Source: Azolla caroliniana (lineage: Eukaryota > Plantae > Polypodiophyta). Taken from it: a DNA stretch of 64,000 nucleotides. The notes below the pieces were generated by a model, which searched no databases, was not told the origin of the DNA, and saw nothing but the letters and a program-made list of their open reading frames with translations. Position 1 is the first letter of the stretch. Each line of letters begins with the position of its first letter. Both the position numbers and the translations under genes were made by a program. The stretch is from contig JBHGNT010000022.1 of the NCBI GenBank assembly GCA_043228905.1, forward strand, positions 5,208,001-5,272,000. The letters are read 5' to 3'. This document shows, in pieces, positions 37,998-51,141 of this stretch.

Positions 37998-40900
37998 TGA
38001 TAGGGTGTTCCAGACAGATGATAGTCGTACACAATATGAGGGCTTGACCAAACCTGTTAGATGGAGTTATGACTCATAATATATTATATAGATCAAGAGA
38101 GACTCAAGAAATTAAGAAAAAAAGATAGAGAAGATGAGAAAGAGATAATAATGTTATGATATTCCATCATCAAGACAATACAAAGGAGATAAACTCCACA
38201 TTCAACTAAGAAACCAAAGACCTTCTTACTACCAATGACTCAAAAACCACAATTAAGACCCTTCCTCTTTCACTAAGATTTCTCTTCCTAAGACTCCCTC
38301 TCCTCTATTAGGATTTTCTCCCTATTAGTTCCCCCGTCTATAACTATCACTTCTTCTTTTATAATTTTCTTCTTCTTCCTCGTTCACGCTATTTTTAGAA
38401 GTTTTTTATCTCCTATTTTTAGCTAAGACCCAACGACCTTCTAATCGTCATATCTCCCTCAGAGCTCCGAATTTAGTGATTTAAAACGCTATAGATAGCT
38501 CTCGTTACAAGCTTTCTATCCCATATTTAAACATAATATTTGGGGTGAAAAACGAAGGAGTTATGAACATTCCTTTTTTACTGTTTTTTATGGTTCGCTT
38601 TTTCTCTTTTTACTTTTCTCTTGGTCTCTTACTTTTACTTTTGACTTCTTCCTAAGGTCTTGGTTCGTGTTCTTAGCCTCCAAATATGAATTATCCATAC
38701 TTTATATTCTTCTAATGTTCAATGACTTAGATTCTAAAAACACTTTCACATTTAGCCCTGCCCCTTACTAGAGGCTAAGCCATTTATGGCGAAGCACTTA
38801 ATGGTAGTACTTAACAAACGAAAGCTCTCTCACCAATCTCTTGGCTATAGACAATGAGAGAGATATAATAAAGAAGAAAATAAAAAGATGTGAATAAAAC
38901 CCCCACTAATCGGTAGGAAAAAAACTCACACTTCTAAACACACACGCATGCACACACACATTGACAAATGCCATCACCATCTTTCTCCTTGTCAACACAA
39001 AGAAAGAGGTTACTACAATTATTATGTCTTTGTCAACTCTCCATACACAAGTAGGGCCATGGGATACATAACTCTTGATAGAAGTAAGCATGTCAACATA
39101 TAAATGAATCTTTCGAGCGAGTGCACCTTTTGCACAAATACCTTCAAAGCTTCAAGACTTGTTGGAATTGTCATCTTTTTAATTATGTTAATCTTTGAAT
39201 CATCCACATGAAATCCTTCTTGGCACAACATATTGTCCACACTACCTTGTTTTGTATAAACAACAATTTTATCGACAATCTCATCTCGGGAAGGAAGTGA
39301 AAATTCATCTCGTTTGATCGAATTGCTCATGGGTTTGAAATCGATCTCATTCTTCGTGGGAACCAAAGCCATAGATGGGACACTCTTTAAATCCTCCATC
39401 TTATAATTGAAACATTCTTGCAAGCATGCTTTGAACTCTTGTATAAGTTCCCCTTCAACACCCAATTGCCGAAGCGTTGGGAAAATTGGTACACGTTCCT
39501 TCAAGTTGATGTGGGATTTGTTGCAAGCTTCTCCTCTTATTTTGAAACATTCAATGAACACATCCTCCTCTATGCATGTGCAGTTCACCACTTTGCCATC
39601 TGCTACAACCACACTTGCTAAAGATGAGCTACTAATAGGAATTCCCACTTTGTTAACCACCAATTCAGAAATCAAGCTTACTCTAGCATCACTATCAACC
39701 AAGGCATCTTTAAAGTTAAACCCCTCGATGGAAACACGGTTGGTGGGTCGTATGTCCTTTTGATCTTCTACTCACACAATCCCCACATAATGCACAGTTT
39801 TTTGACTTTGGCAAATTCTTGCAAGCCGCCCCCACTCCTTGCGTAATTTCGGAGATAATTGGAGAAGTTGTGACCATGTTATTCTTGGTCCACTCGATAT
39901 CAATTCATGCTTCCGATTGAAAGCTTCTACACCTTCTCCCATAGGAATATCCTCCATCTTTATCTTCCATTTGGAGTGTCTCCTTCTCAATTTCTCCTCT
40001 TCCTCATTCTCCTTAGACTTCTTCTTTTCTCTCGAGGCACTAGATTCTCCATCAACTTCTTTCTCCTTTTGCAAGGCTCTTGTCCTTTTCACAGGAGCTA
40101 CATCACAAGCACTATCACTATCATCAATAAAATTAAGAAGATTCACATTATGAGGAATTGTAGGAACTTGAGTCATAGGAAGTGTTATGGATTCTCCTCC
40201 TTCAACTCCATTGTTGATAGGTCGTTGTCCATTCCGTTGCACTTCATACATGTCTCTTTCCATACTTCTTTGTTGTCGATGAGGACATCTTGTTCAGATG
40301 TGTCCCTCCTCTTGACAAGAATAACAAATTACACCTTGATACCCTCTAGAGCCACCACCATCGGGAATAGTGTTGCGAATTGCTTGGGATTGTTGCAAGT
40401 GGGCCATCACTTCATCAAAGCGCCGATTCACCAACGCCATTGTATCTTGTTCACTCTTCACTTGTTGCACTTCTTGGGATATACTTGTTGGGTTTATTGT
40501 TGTGGTGGTATACACATTTGGAAACACTTGTCCACCATGCACAATTGAAGATGAGGCTTGAAAGTTGGCACGAGGCATCAAATTTACACCCAAAGTCGTC
40601 ATTTGGGGATCCCCCATGGAACTAATCATCTTAACTCGTCGATCATAATCTTGACAAACTTGGAGAAGAGCTTGAAAAGTCGTTGGATCCTTCAAGCTTG
40701 CCTCCAAACGGAAATGCATATCAAGGCCCACCTTAAATTGTTCTAGCTTAAACCACTCGTCTTTGGTGCCACCACGAAGACGAATCCACGTCGTCCACAA
40801 TTCATGGAAATTTCTTTCATACTCTAAAAAACCAAAAGGTGATTCCATCTTTAGTTGAAAAAGCTCCTCCCTTACCTCAGTTGCACTTTGCCATTGAATA

Positions 40901-41961
40901 TATCTTGTATGAAATTGATGCACCAACAATTGATATTCTCCTTGTTCATTTTGCGGAAGAGAGTCATACCAATCTCGAGCACAGCCATAGAATGTAGCTA
41001 CCAACAAGGGCAACTTTTCGTTGTCGGTGATGCGTCCAATAGAGATGGCATGATGCTCAAAGCATGCCAAAAAGGCACCGGCATCTTGTGTTCTTTCACC
41101 CGAAAATGAAAATTGCATAGCTAAGTTAATGTAATATAGTAACACAATTAAATGATAACTTCTCCTCCTAGACGGAAAGGATCGACCCTCCTTGGAGCGC
41201 CAAAATGATAGGGTGTTTCAGACAAATGATAGTCGTACACAATATGAGGGCTTGACAAAACCGGTTAGATGGAGTTGTGACTCGTAATATATTATATAGA
41301 TCAAGAGAGACTCAAGAAATTAAGAAATAAAGATTGGGAAGATGAGAAAGAGATACGATTGTTATGATATTCCATCATCAAGACAATACAAAGGAGATAA
41401 ACTCCACATTCAACTAAGAAACCAAAGACCTTCTTACTACCAATGACTCAAAAACCACAATTAAGACCCTTCCTCCTTCACTAAGATTTCTCTTCCTAAG
41501 ATTCCCTCTCCTCTATTAGGATTTTCTCCCTATTAGTTCCCCCGTCTATGACTATCACTTCTTCTTTTATAATTTTCTTCTTCTTCCTCGTTCACGCTAT
41601 TTTTAGAAGTTTTTTATCTCCTATTTTTAGCTAAGACCCAACGACCTTCTAATCGTCATATCTCCCTCCTCAGAGCTCCGAATTTAGTGATTTAAAACGC
41701 TATAGATAGCTCTCGTTACAAGCTTTCTATCCCATATTTAAACATAATATTTGGGGTGAAAAACGAAGGAGTTATGAACATTCCTTTTTTACTGTTTTTT
41801 ATGGTCCGCTTTTTCTCTTTTTACTTTTCTCTTGGTCTCTTACTTTTACTTTTGACTTCTTCCTAAGGTCTTGGTTCGTGTTCTTAGTCTCCAAATATGA
41901 ATTATCCATACTTTATATTCTTCTAATGTTCAATGACTTAGATTCTAAAAACACTTTCACA
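37998..41961 (-). mobile_element. Gypsy-type non-autonomous element F (gag, protease, RT remnant; 4 kb)
   Basis: LTRs 37998-38750 and 41206-41961 are near-identical. TSD GGTAT on both sides. PBS TGGCGCTCCAAGGAGGGTCGA (41182-41202) is tRNA-Asn-like. PPT near 38755-38768. Motifs CYSCQEEGHI and VDSDARVSL. Confidence 0.92.
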
Positions 41962-42279
41962 GGTATCTTCGTCCACTCGTCGTTGGCTCTAGTCCGGATG
42001 TCTCTGCCAACTCTTCTCTCTGCTCGGGATTCTGGTTGTTAATCGGCATCTGCAGGTTGGATAACTCCAACTCATATTCATCAATTGACTTCAGCAGCTC
42101 TGCCGACTCTGACTCGTAGTCTGTCGGTCTTTCCGAGTCGACTGATTCGGATTCAGCTCTGTCGGCCAACTATCTCCTTCTAGCTGTCAGTGACGACTCA
42201 CTTGGCCTTAAGTCGATGGTAGTCGATGTTGACTGCGGAGTCGGTTCCGACTTCTGTTTCTTCCAGTATTCAATTGTCT
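41962..42279 (-). other. Unassigned acidic ORF remnant, possibly a Gypsy 5' leader or gag N-terminus
   Basis: ORF 41957-42169 (S/E/D-rich, ending GRRY); no diagnostic motif. Confidence 0.3.
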
Positions 42280-42722
42280 TGTGTTAACTCTTAGGGCCGG
42301 ACAATGGCCTAACACAGGGTGTCTACGGAAGACACTTCACCAAAGGGGTGTTACGGCAAGGGGATTAGGCTCAACGATTAATCCAACTTAATTAGGTTAC
42401 TTAGCAAGATCGTCCTTAATAATCACATGCGTAAGATATAACAAGGAATGCAGAACGACAATTAACACAGAGAGATAAAAACACTAAGCTTCATTAATTA
42501 TCCGCTCCACATTACATTGTATCCGGGCCTTTAAATAGGTTTCCGGTTTGTAGTACAAAACGGTGCCATCCGCACCTGTTCGGGATCGGTCTGGATCCGG
42601 AACGGCATACCGATTCCGGTCCGCCCGCCCGTCCAGACTAATAGCTCACTTACAACCATTCCTTAATAATTAATTAACTCCTTCGTTTCACACTCTGGAC
42701 TCCTTTGCCGGCCGGAAACACA

Positions 42723-42739
42723 TGGCACGTCCGTGGGAC
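42723..42739 (+). promoter_or_regulatory. tRNA-Arg-type primer-binding sequence at the PPT position (inverted relative to the ORFs)
   Basis: TGGCACGTCCGTGGGAC directly after the LTR ...AACACA; repeated at 57494-57510. Confidence 0.75.
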
Positions 42740-42775
42740 AGTACCTTGTACGTCGAATCCACCATCTGACCCTTG

Positions 42776-45561
42776 CTATTCTTCGTCCAAAATATCCAGA
42801 ATGCTTTGTTCGAGAGTCTCCAATGGTTCATCTGGAATTGGTTGTTGTTGTTGTTGTGGTTGTTGTTGTTGTTGTTGTTGCTGTTGCTGCTCCATTGATG
42901 GCTGTTGCGACTAGTCCGTTGGTGGCTGCTGCGGCTGCTCCTCCGTTTGTTGCTCTGACACCGGCGTTACCGTCGTTGCTCCCTCCGTCGTAGTGGTCTC
43001 CGGTTGACTGGGTCCGTCCTAGCCCTCGTCCGGCGACGGTTCCTCATCATTAAGGTTAACCGTTGCCGCTTTCTGTGCTTTTTCTTCCCGAACCTGGGAT
43101 CGCTCGTAGCTCTCAAACTGGATTTGAGCATCCAGCCTATCATCGTCTAGCTGAGCTACGAGTTGCCAGACCTGCACTAGCTGTTCATCTGCCAGGACTT
43201 GGAAGTCTTCGACCAGCTCGTCTCGTATGGCGGTGAAGTTCTCGGAAGTCAATGTGTAACAATCATCTCCTTCCTTCCGCCGGTTTTACACGTCTGCCCG
43301 TAGCAATTGGAGTTCCGCCGTATTTTGTGCCCAATTTGTCCACCATCTTACGAAGCTTTCGTCAATCAAGCGTTTTGTCTGATTCAGCCATGCCTGGAGG
43401 ATGCACTGAATCCGGCGCGTTCCCATCTGCGATTTGATCTCCGCAGCTTGCCGTTCCTCCTTCAATTGCTTGATGATTTGGACGTTGTCGTCCGCCTGCT
43501 CCTTGTAATGCGTCAATTGCCCTTGATATGTGCTTTGTAATTTTTGCAATACTGTTGACGCTCTCTCCCTTTCTTCCTGCTGCTGCCTCTAGAGCTCCAT
43601 CCGGACCCTCTCCGCCTCGTCCAACCGTCTTGTATTTTCCGCTCGTTCGTCGGCGAGCGCCGTCGCAGACCGATCAACTTCCTGCTGGAGCTCGGCCATC
43701 CGTTCCTTATGCTCTGTTTCCAGCCGTTTGTAGTCCCGGTCCAGGTGCTCAAAATCATCTGTCTTTTGCTTGAGCCATACGTTGATCTGTCGACGGGCCC
43801 AGTCCTCGCGGTCCTTCTGCTGGCGGAGCTCCTCCTTTAGCCGTTCAATTTCCGTTTCCACCGTCTTCCGCAGCTTGTCCTTTTCCTGTAGCAGTTTGTC
43901 TTTTTCCTCCCTTAGCTGGTCGTATGCTTGATGGCCTTTCCGGAGGCTCTCCTCTGCCCGGCGGAGGTTCTCAGCAGTCTTCTTTAATTCTGCTTCGGAC
44001 GGTGTCTTCAATTCCCGTTCACGACTCCTTAACGCTTCTTGTGCGGCAAGTTCATCTCTCAATTCCACAAGCTCCTCGGCTTGCGCCGCATCTCTCTCTG
44101 GAACGGATTCCGTTGCCGGGGTCTTATTAGTATGTACAGGTTGGTCTGTTTCTTTATTCTGTACACTTACCAGAGTCACCGGTGCTTGGATCTGTGTTGC
44201 CATTTTGGCCATTTCTGGCGTGACTTGATCCAAGTCTTTTTCAAGGCACTAGATTCTAGACCGGGCCGTCTCTAGTTGTTCGGTTGTGACGAGCAACCGT
44301 TCGCTTTATGCTCTTTCTTCCGCCTCAATATACCCCACTGCTCCGGCAATCTGTTCGCCTATCCACCGGAGCCATAGGCTACCAGTGCATTGTTGTTGCG
44401 CTTGCACGGAGGTTTGACGGATGGGCTCGCTTGTGGGTGGGTGGTCCCGCCTGGTTGCGCCGAGTTGCAATTCTGTTTTTGCCCGTGGACCACCCTGCTG
44501 TCCTGGTTCCCCTTGCGCTTCTTCTTGGTTGGCCGAGGGAGGCTGCATTGACCTTTCTGGCTCTGGCGGTACGGGACTTGCCGGTGCTGCTGGTGGTGCA
44601 GGGGCTTCTGATTCCGGTGCCATGCGCACCGGTTCCGGTTCCTCCCTTGGCGTGGGAGTCTCAGTATGGGGAGCCGGTGTTCCCTCTGTCTGAGGGTCTG
44701 AACGTTTCCCGGCTGCCTCAACGGTCCTTACCGACGACCGTCACTAGAGGTGCTCCGTAGGCTCCTCCTCTATTTCCTCTTCCTGAGTCCCGACATTGAT
44801 TTTTGCCGCCAAGGGGTCCGCTTCTCTATTCACCGGTCGGCGGAGTGGTTCCTCCTGCGCATCCGTTGGCCGCTTCCGGCTGGCGTGCTCCTTTCCCGCT
44901 TGTTTTGCGTCCACCGCCTTCCCCTTAGTGGCCTTAGAGGCCAACAACTGTTGTCTTTTGGAAGCAGTCTTTGGGGTGCCGTCCACCACTCTTCCCCGCT
45001 TCTTGGGCTGGACGGACTGGACGGGTGGCATAAACAAGGTGAGCCATTGCGTTACTGCATGCCATATCTTCCGTCTGTCTCGGCCTTCTTTGCCGTCTTT
45101 TCCTCTGACGATCTTGATCGCGCCACACAAACCGTCTGCGATCAATACTGGCCAATCCACCTTGATCCCTTCATAGGTGGCGATGATCATCCCTGCTCGG
45201 TTCTGCGGCATGACAGGGGGTCTAGGGTACACATGGACGTATTCGTGGAGCACACGGGCAATCTCGCGGAACAACATATCTTCGCCGCCTTGTGTCTGGT
45301 AGCCCTTGTTGGCTAGGGAGTACTCACCAAAATACTTGATGAGTTGCTCCAAGGTTGGATTGTCGATCGTGAATATGCCTCCCTCCGGAAGGCCTATTAA
45401 CGCACGGATCGCCTCCTCCGTTATGACCTCTGTGTCGATTTCTTTGATCACCTTATCGGCTTCTTTGATCACCTTGTCGATTCCATAATTGTCAAGAAGC
45501 CCTCGAGCTCGTGCTGCTTTAGCCATTTCTTGGCGGCTTCCGACAGCGTTTGCGGGTCCAT
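42776..45561 (-). pseudogene. G2 extra ORF (~930 codons): globular N-domain, P/E/Q-rich linker, long coiled coil, poly-Q and acidic tail
   Basis: Chain of same-strand ORFs from MDPQTLSEAAKKWL to QSILDILDEE*; homologous to G1 and G3. Confidence 0.75.
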
Positions 45562-47228
45562 GTTTTTGTCGAGGTCGGATTGTGGTGGCGAGGTTGGATG
45601 GTGATGAGAGTGAGAGTGAGAGAGAGAGAGTTCAGAAAGCGGGGGTTCTCTGTGCCTAGGTTCTCCTCTGATGATCTTCCAACGCCTTGGTGCTTCTATG
45701 CTCCTGGGTTCGCGAAATGAGAAGGTCTCCATGCGCTGTGGTTTTTCTTTGTGCATTCTGGCGCCTTTTTCGAGCGTGTGCACGTCGTGTACTAAAATAG
45801 CATTATGTCCTGTGGCGGCGCTTAAATGGCCACTACGTACCTTTTCGCTCCTCGCTCTCTTGTCCGTTCATACCTCGCTTTTGCATGATTACTTCGCTTT
45901 TTTTATTTTATTTTATTTTATTTTAAAAAATGTAGTGTGAGGTTGTCCGTTGGCCCTATCGGACCCTTACTGGCCTCATTACGATTTGCCGTCGCCTCAT
46001 TCTCCCCAGTTACCGGCTTGCCGTCTCCTCCATCTTGGTGGTTGCCGTTTCCCTCACAGGTTGCCATTTCCGCACCGGTTCCCGATTCGGTGTCGGTCCT
46101 TTGCTCAAATGGGTTCTTAGGCATCTGTCCTCTATATGGCTTCAATCTGAATCCGTTGACCCATTTGCCTAGCACTTCGCCGGCAAGTGTCCCTAACTTG
46201 TAGGACCCATTATACTCCCGTGTCAGCCAGTACGGGCCGGTCCATCTAAACCGTAGTTTACCCGGCATCTTGCCCATCCGGGTCTGCAATACTAACACCG
46301 GCTTGCCGATTTCGAACATTTTTTTATTTCCTTTCTTGTGCCGGTCGACAAATGCTTTCCGTCGCCTTTGTTCCAATTCTAAGTGCAGGATGCTTGCCAG
46401 TCGTTGTTCCCCGAGTTCACACAGCGTTATTAACCGTATTGCCTCTGACTCCTTCTCGTTCAGTCGTTCCTGTAGCTGGATCCGTAAGCTTGGTACTTGG
46501 AATTCCACCGGCATGACCGCCTCTAGTCCGAACACTAACCGGAACGGTGTTGTTCGGATGCTCGTTTTGTATGTTGTCCGGTATGCCCAAAGCGTGCTAT
46601 GTAGCTTGGTATCCCAATCCGTTCGGTTTTCGTTGACAATCTTCCGGAGGATATTCTGGAGCGTTTCGTTCGTCGACTCAGCTAACCCGTTTGCTTGCGG
46701 ATAGTACGGTATGCTTTGTTTATGGACAACGACATAGAATGTCGTCAGGCTTTCAACTACTTGGCCGAGAAAGTGCCCCCCTTGGTCGCTTATTAATTCG
46801 ATTGGGCATCCGTAATGGCACTAGATGTATTCGTATAGAAATTTGGCCGTTGACGCACCGGTGTTGTCTCTTAAGGCTTTGGCCTCCACCCATTTCGTGC
46901 AGTAATCCGTCGCGATGATGACGTACCGATTACCTGTTCTCATTGCCGGTGGTTTGAACGGTCCAACAAAGTCCAACCCCCACTTCAGGAATGGTTCGAG
47001 TGGTAGTACAGGCTGGTGTGGCATCCGAGCTTGCTCCGTTGGCTGGCCCATTGGCTGGCATAGGTCACATTCTTTTGCGTACCGTACAACATCTCTTAAT
47101 GTAGTTGGCCACCATAGGCCACTTTGCCATATTTTCCTGGCCGTCGCATCTCCGGCATAGTGACCTCCGACAACTCCGTAGTGGGCTTCCCTCAGTATGA
47201 GGTCCTTTTCATCACTGTGCACAACAGG

Positions 47229-49145
47229 TGCTAACAGGTGCATTCCCTTCTCACTCATGTGGCCTAGCCTCTTATGCCATATCTCCCCTGCTGAGTCCGC
47301 TACCACGTTTACTTCTGAATTGCACAGTCAGGCATGCATCATGTACAATGTGCCTTCTTTCTGTGCTCGGGCCACTATGAGATTTCCTCGGAAGAACTTC
47401 CACTTGCCATTCCGAAAACTACCACTATAGCCTTCAGCGTCAAGCCTTCCAGTTGATATCAGATTCAATCTGATATCGGGGACATGTCGAACATCCTTCA
47501 ACGTCATTCGACACCTTGTTGATGTCGTCAAGTAGACACTTCCGACTCCGGTTATCTTGCACTCTCCGCTATCACCCATCTTTACATAGCCATGATCCCC
47601 GGCTATGTAAGTCGAGAAATACTCTCTCGATGGAGTAATATGGTAGGATGCGCTAGAATCAATCACCCACGTGCAATCTTCACTCGCAAGATTTGCACTC
47701 GTTTGTTCACAAAAGAACAAGAGTTCTTCATTGCTCATAGCAATGGCCGAAGTGTTCTTTTCATCCGGAATCTTCTGGGTTTCGACATTATTCCCGACAC
47801 TCTTTTGTTTCTTCATGTGTCGACAATACTTCTAGAAGTGTTCAGGTTTTCCACAATAGTAGCACACAAGCTTACCTTTGGACTTCGATCTGGCGTATGA
47901 TTTGTCCGTTCGTTGCGGACTTCTTCTCCGTCGGTCTCTTCCTCTGTCCACATGTTGAGTCAGATTCGACTCCATTTGGGACAATACTCCTTTGTCTTTC
48001 CTCCTTGCGTCCTCATTTAGGATGCTTGTCTTCACCATCTGTAAAGACAAGTTCTCCTCTTGATAGGACGTGCTGAGAGTAACCACCAGGTTCTCCCAGC
48101 TTTCCGGCAGTGTGCACATCAACAGGATGGCCTACATTGCGTCATCCAGGGGAAACTTGGTCGCAGCAAGTTGATTTACATACCCCATAAATGTGTTGAT
48201 GTGTTCGATGATGCTCTCACCATCTCTGTATTTCAGCCATACAAATTTTCTCTTTAGAAAGGTTCTATTTAGCGTGTTCTTCCTCTCGTGCAAACCTGAC
48301 AACTTTTGCCACATCTCGTGGGCATTCGTGTCGTTCGCCACATGTTGAAGAACACTTACATCGACACATTGTCGAATTGTGGCCACCATCTTCCTATTCA
48401 AAAGCTTCTAGTCCGATTCCAATACCCCCCTGGGTATTTCTGCTTTGTCGACTGGCTCATATAGGTCTTTGACTATGAGAAGGTCCTCCATCTTTATCTT
48501 CTAGTCTGCATTGTTTTGTGAGTTCAAAACTATCATACTTGGGAAACTGCTAACACCTCCTTCCATGCTTCCACCTCAAGCTCTGATACTAGTTTGTCAA
48601 GAAACCGTTGCGGAATAGATCACAATAAATGAACTACGCGTTGAAATACAAATTACAGAAATGCCAGAAAAAAACAAGACACACAACAGTGCACTGAGAT
48701 TTACGTCGAAACCCTAAAATGGGGAAAACCACGGGTGAATAGATTCTTCACTATAGTATAGTGGATATACAATATAGAGATGATTACAACACTCTGTCGA
48801 GTGTATCAGCCGCACAGGGCTCTTCGCGTCTACTGTTACACACACAACTATGTTGCGGCTCTATCTTCTCTCTCTCCCTCTCTCTTGCGTTCTACAACTA
48901 TTGCACTTACACTATTCTTCTGTTCATCACACTAACACACACTAAGAGTTTGCCCTAGTTGCATATATACTTACGCAACTTTCTAGTTATTTACATACGT
49001 AGCCCTCGTGGGGCGCACACTTAGATTATTTACAAATTATAGTCTCCCGAGTTGGCTATTTACACGATTCCGGTTTCCGACTCTTCGACTGTCGGCTTTC
49101 CGAACAGTCGGATCATCCTCCCACTAGAGGGACATATTCCCAACA
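47229..49145 (-). mobile_element. Copia H (Tork-like): 5' LTR 48595-49145, PBS, gag, PR and GAG-pre-integrase; 3'-truncated
   Basis: TAGTATCAGAGC (mutated iMet PBS) at 48580-48591. Motifs CYYCGKPEHF, WVIDSSASYH and [13 protein letters not shown]. Confidence 0.88.
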
Positions 49146-50656
49146 CAAGGTACGGTTATATATCAAAATATCATCCAAGAAGACGACAACAAAATCACCG
49201 AGTTAATCTCGGAAAATGTCATTCATCACTTGTTGGAATGTGGCTAGAGCATTAGTCAACCCGAAAGGCATGACTAAAAACTCATAATGGCCATAGCGCG
49301 TATAAAAAGCAGTTTTACGAATATCATCCTCGGCAATGCGAATCTGATGATAACTTGTTCGTAAGTCAATTTTCGTAAAATATCGGGCCCCATGCAAACG
49401 ATCAATCAAATCATCGGCACGAGGTAACAAATATGCATTTTTAATTGTCATTTTATTCAAACGGCGATAATTGATACACATTCGCCATGAAACTTCCTTT
49501 ATCTTAACTAATAGAATTGGCGCACCCCAAGGTGATTTACTATACCTAATGTGGCCCATACTCAAGTATTCCTTAAGTTGTTTAGTGATCTCATCCTCTT
49601 CTAATCGACTAAGTTGGTAAGGTGGAATGCTCAAAGGAGCAACACCGGGGATTAGTTCAATCTGATGGTCCACATTATGTTTTGGTGGTAAAGTAAGCGG
49701 CAATTAGTTAGGAAACATGTCTTAAAAATCGTCTAAAATAGAGTCGAGTAATCCTTGTTCATAATGTGGTAATTGTGTGACGTCAATATTAAAATAATAA
49801 AATTGAAGCGCACGATCAATTACACACAAATAAATTAATGAACTAGATTAATCACTTAAAGATTTAGAAGACACAAGTGAACGAGAAGGAAGTTTGGAAC
49901 ATTGAATAAAATGGTTACAATTATTAAGTTCAAATGTGATTGAGTGATTAACCCAATCAATGGACAATGAAGGGTTTTTATTAAAAATCCAAGGGTATCC
50001 TAAAAGGACATCTGCGGATTGTAGTTTCATAACATGAAAGTCTAGCTTCTCCAAATAGGTATCTATTTGAATTGGCAGTTGACAAACAATGCCATTGATG
50101 TATTGAATGCTTCCATTTGCCATGTGAACTTGATAGATATGATCACTTGCATTTATGTGGAGTTCGATTCGTTGCACAAAGTGATCATTAAGAAAATTGT
50201 GAGAACTACCAGAATCAAACAAGAAATGTGCTTGTGTTCCATTGATATACCCGGCTACTCGGAGTAAATCATTAGGTCTAAGTAAATGTGAAGGAAAAGT
50301 GCATTCACATGAACTTAAGTGGTTGGTATGAACTTCAACAACATCAAAAGACTCACATGTGTGACTTGTAGATTTGTCTTGAGCAGGGGTGTTCATTCAC
50401 TTCCTCTCAAGACGACGACATGTATCCTTTGTATGGCCCCGCTTCTTCCAATATGTACAGATGAGGTTCGGTTTCTTGGACTCGCGGTCAAGAGTGTCAC
50501 TGGATTGCTTTCATTTCCCAATGAACTTGACATTCGGAGTTTTGGCAAACTTAGGTTTATTGTGGTCTTTCTTGGAAGTCCTATGGTACTGAAGTACAAT
50601 GTTGACGGCTTCCTCGAAAGTTGTGGGGTCCTTGTCATGGACAATCCAATGGTAAT
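49146..50656 (-). pseudogene. Gypsy fragment I (chromovirus-like): gag knuckle, protease and RT N-half
   Basis: [49 protein letters not shown] and VFLDDILIY motifs. Confidence 0.88.
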
Positions 50657-51102
50657 TGAAGAGAATAAGCGCGGAATATTGATCGGTCACAACCGAGTCT
50701 TGAATCACTTCGATAAGAGTGCAACACAAGAATGGGAATAGATGTACACACAAAAGAGAGTACATATGATGTTTACGTGGAAAACCCTAAATGGGAAAAA
50801 CCACGGGAGCCCACGGACTCCAACTATCACTATATGAGAAAGGTGTTGGGAAATCGGTCCCTCCAGATGGGATCCGACTATGAATGGAGAAGACCCAGTG
50901 AGAACCGGAAGACATCCGGAAACCAGATCGGTGGACCCGGTGAGAACCGGAAGTGAAGACAAATTTGTAAATATGTCTTGAGTAAGCCCATTGAAGCTAT
51001 ATTTGTAAATAGCCTTAAGTTCATATAACTATAAATATGACTTAGGGCAATCACTTTATGTGTGATAGGTTTTTTGTGCGTTGCATATTGTTGTAACTGT
51101 TG

Positions 51103-51141
<39 letters not shown>

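Larger units (their letters stand above)
42280..47228 (-). mobile_element. Gypsy element G2 (non-chromovirus-like): integrase, extra ORF, inverted tRNA-Arg PBS and 3' LTR
   Basis: Integrase HHCC (H..GGH...CDLCQ), WGLDFVGP and GPY motif at 45918-47228. LTR 42280-42722 has TGTGTT/AACACA ends and a minus-strand TATTTAAA. Confidence 0.85.

Noticed and set aside
42255-42279. Plus-strand PPT or self-priming PBS at the outer side of the G2 LTR
   Set aside because: Not purine-rich, no TGG on the minus strand, and no complementarity to the predicted transcript 5' end.
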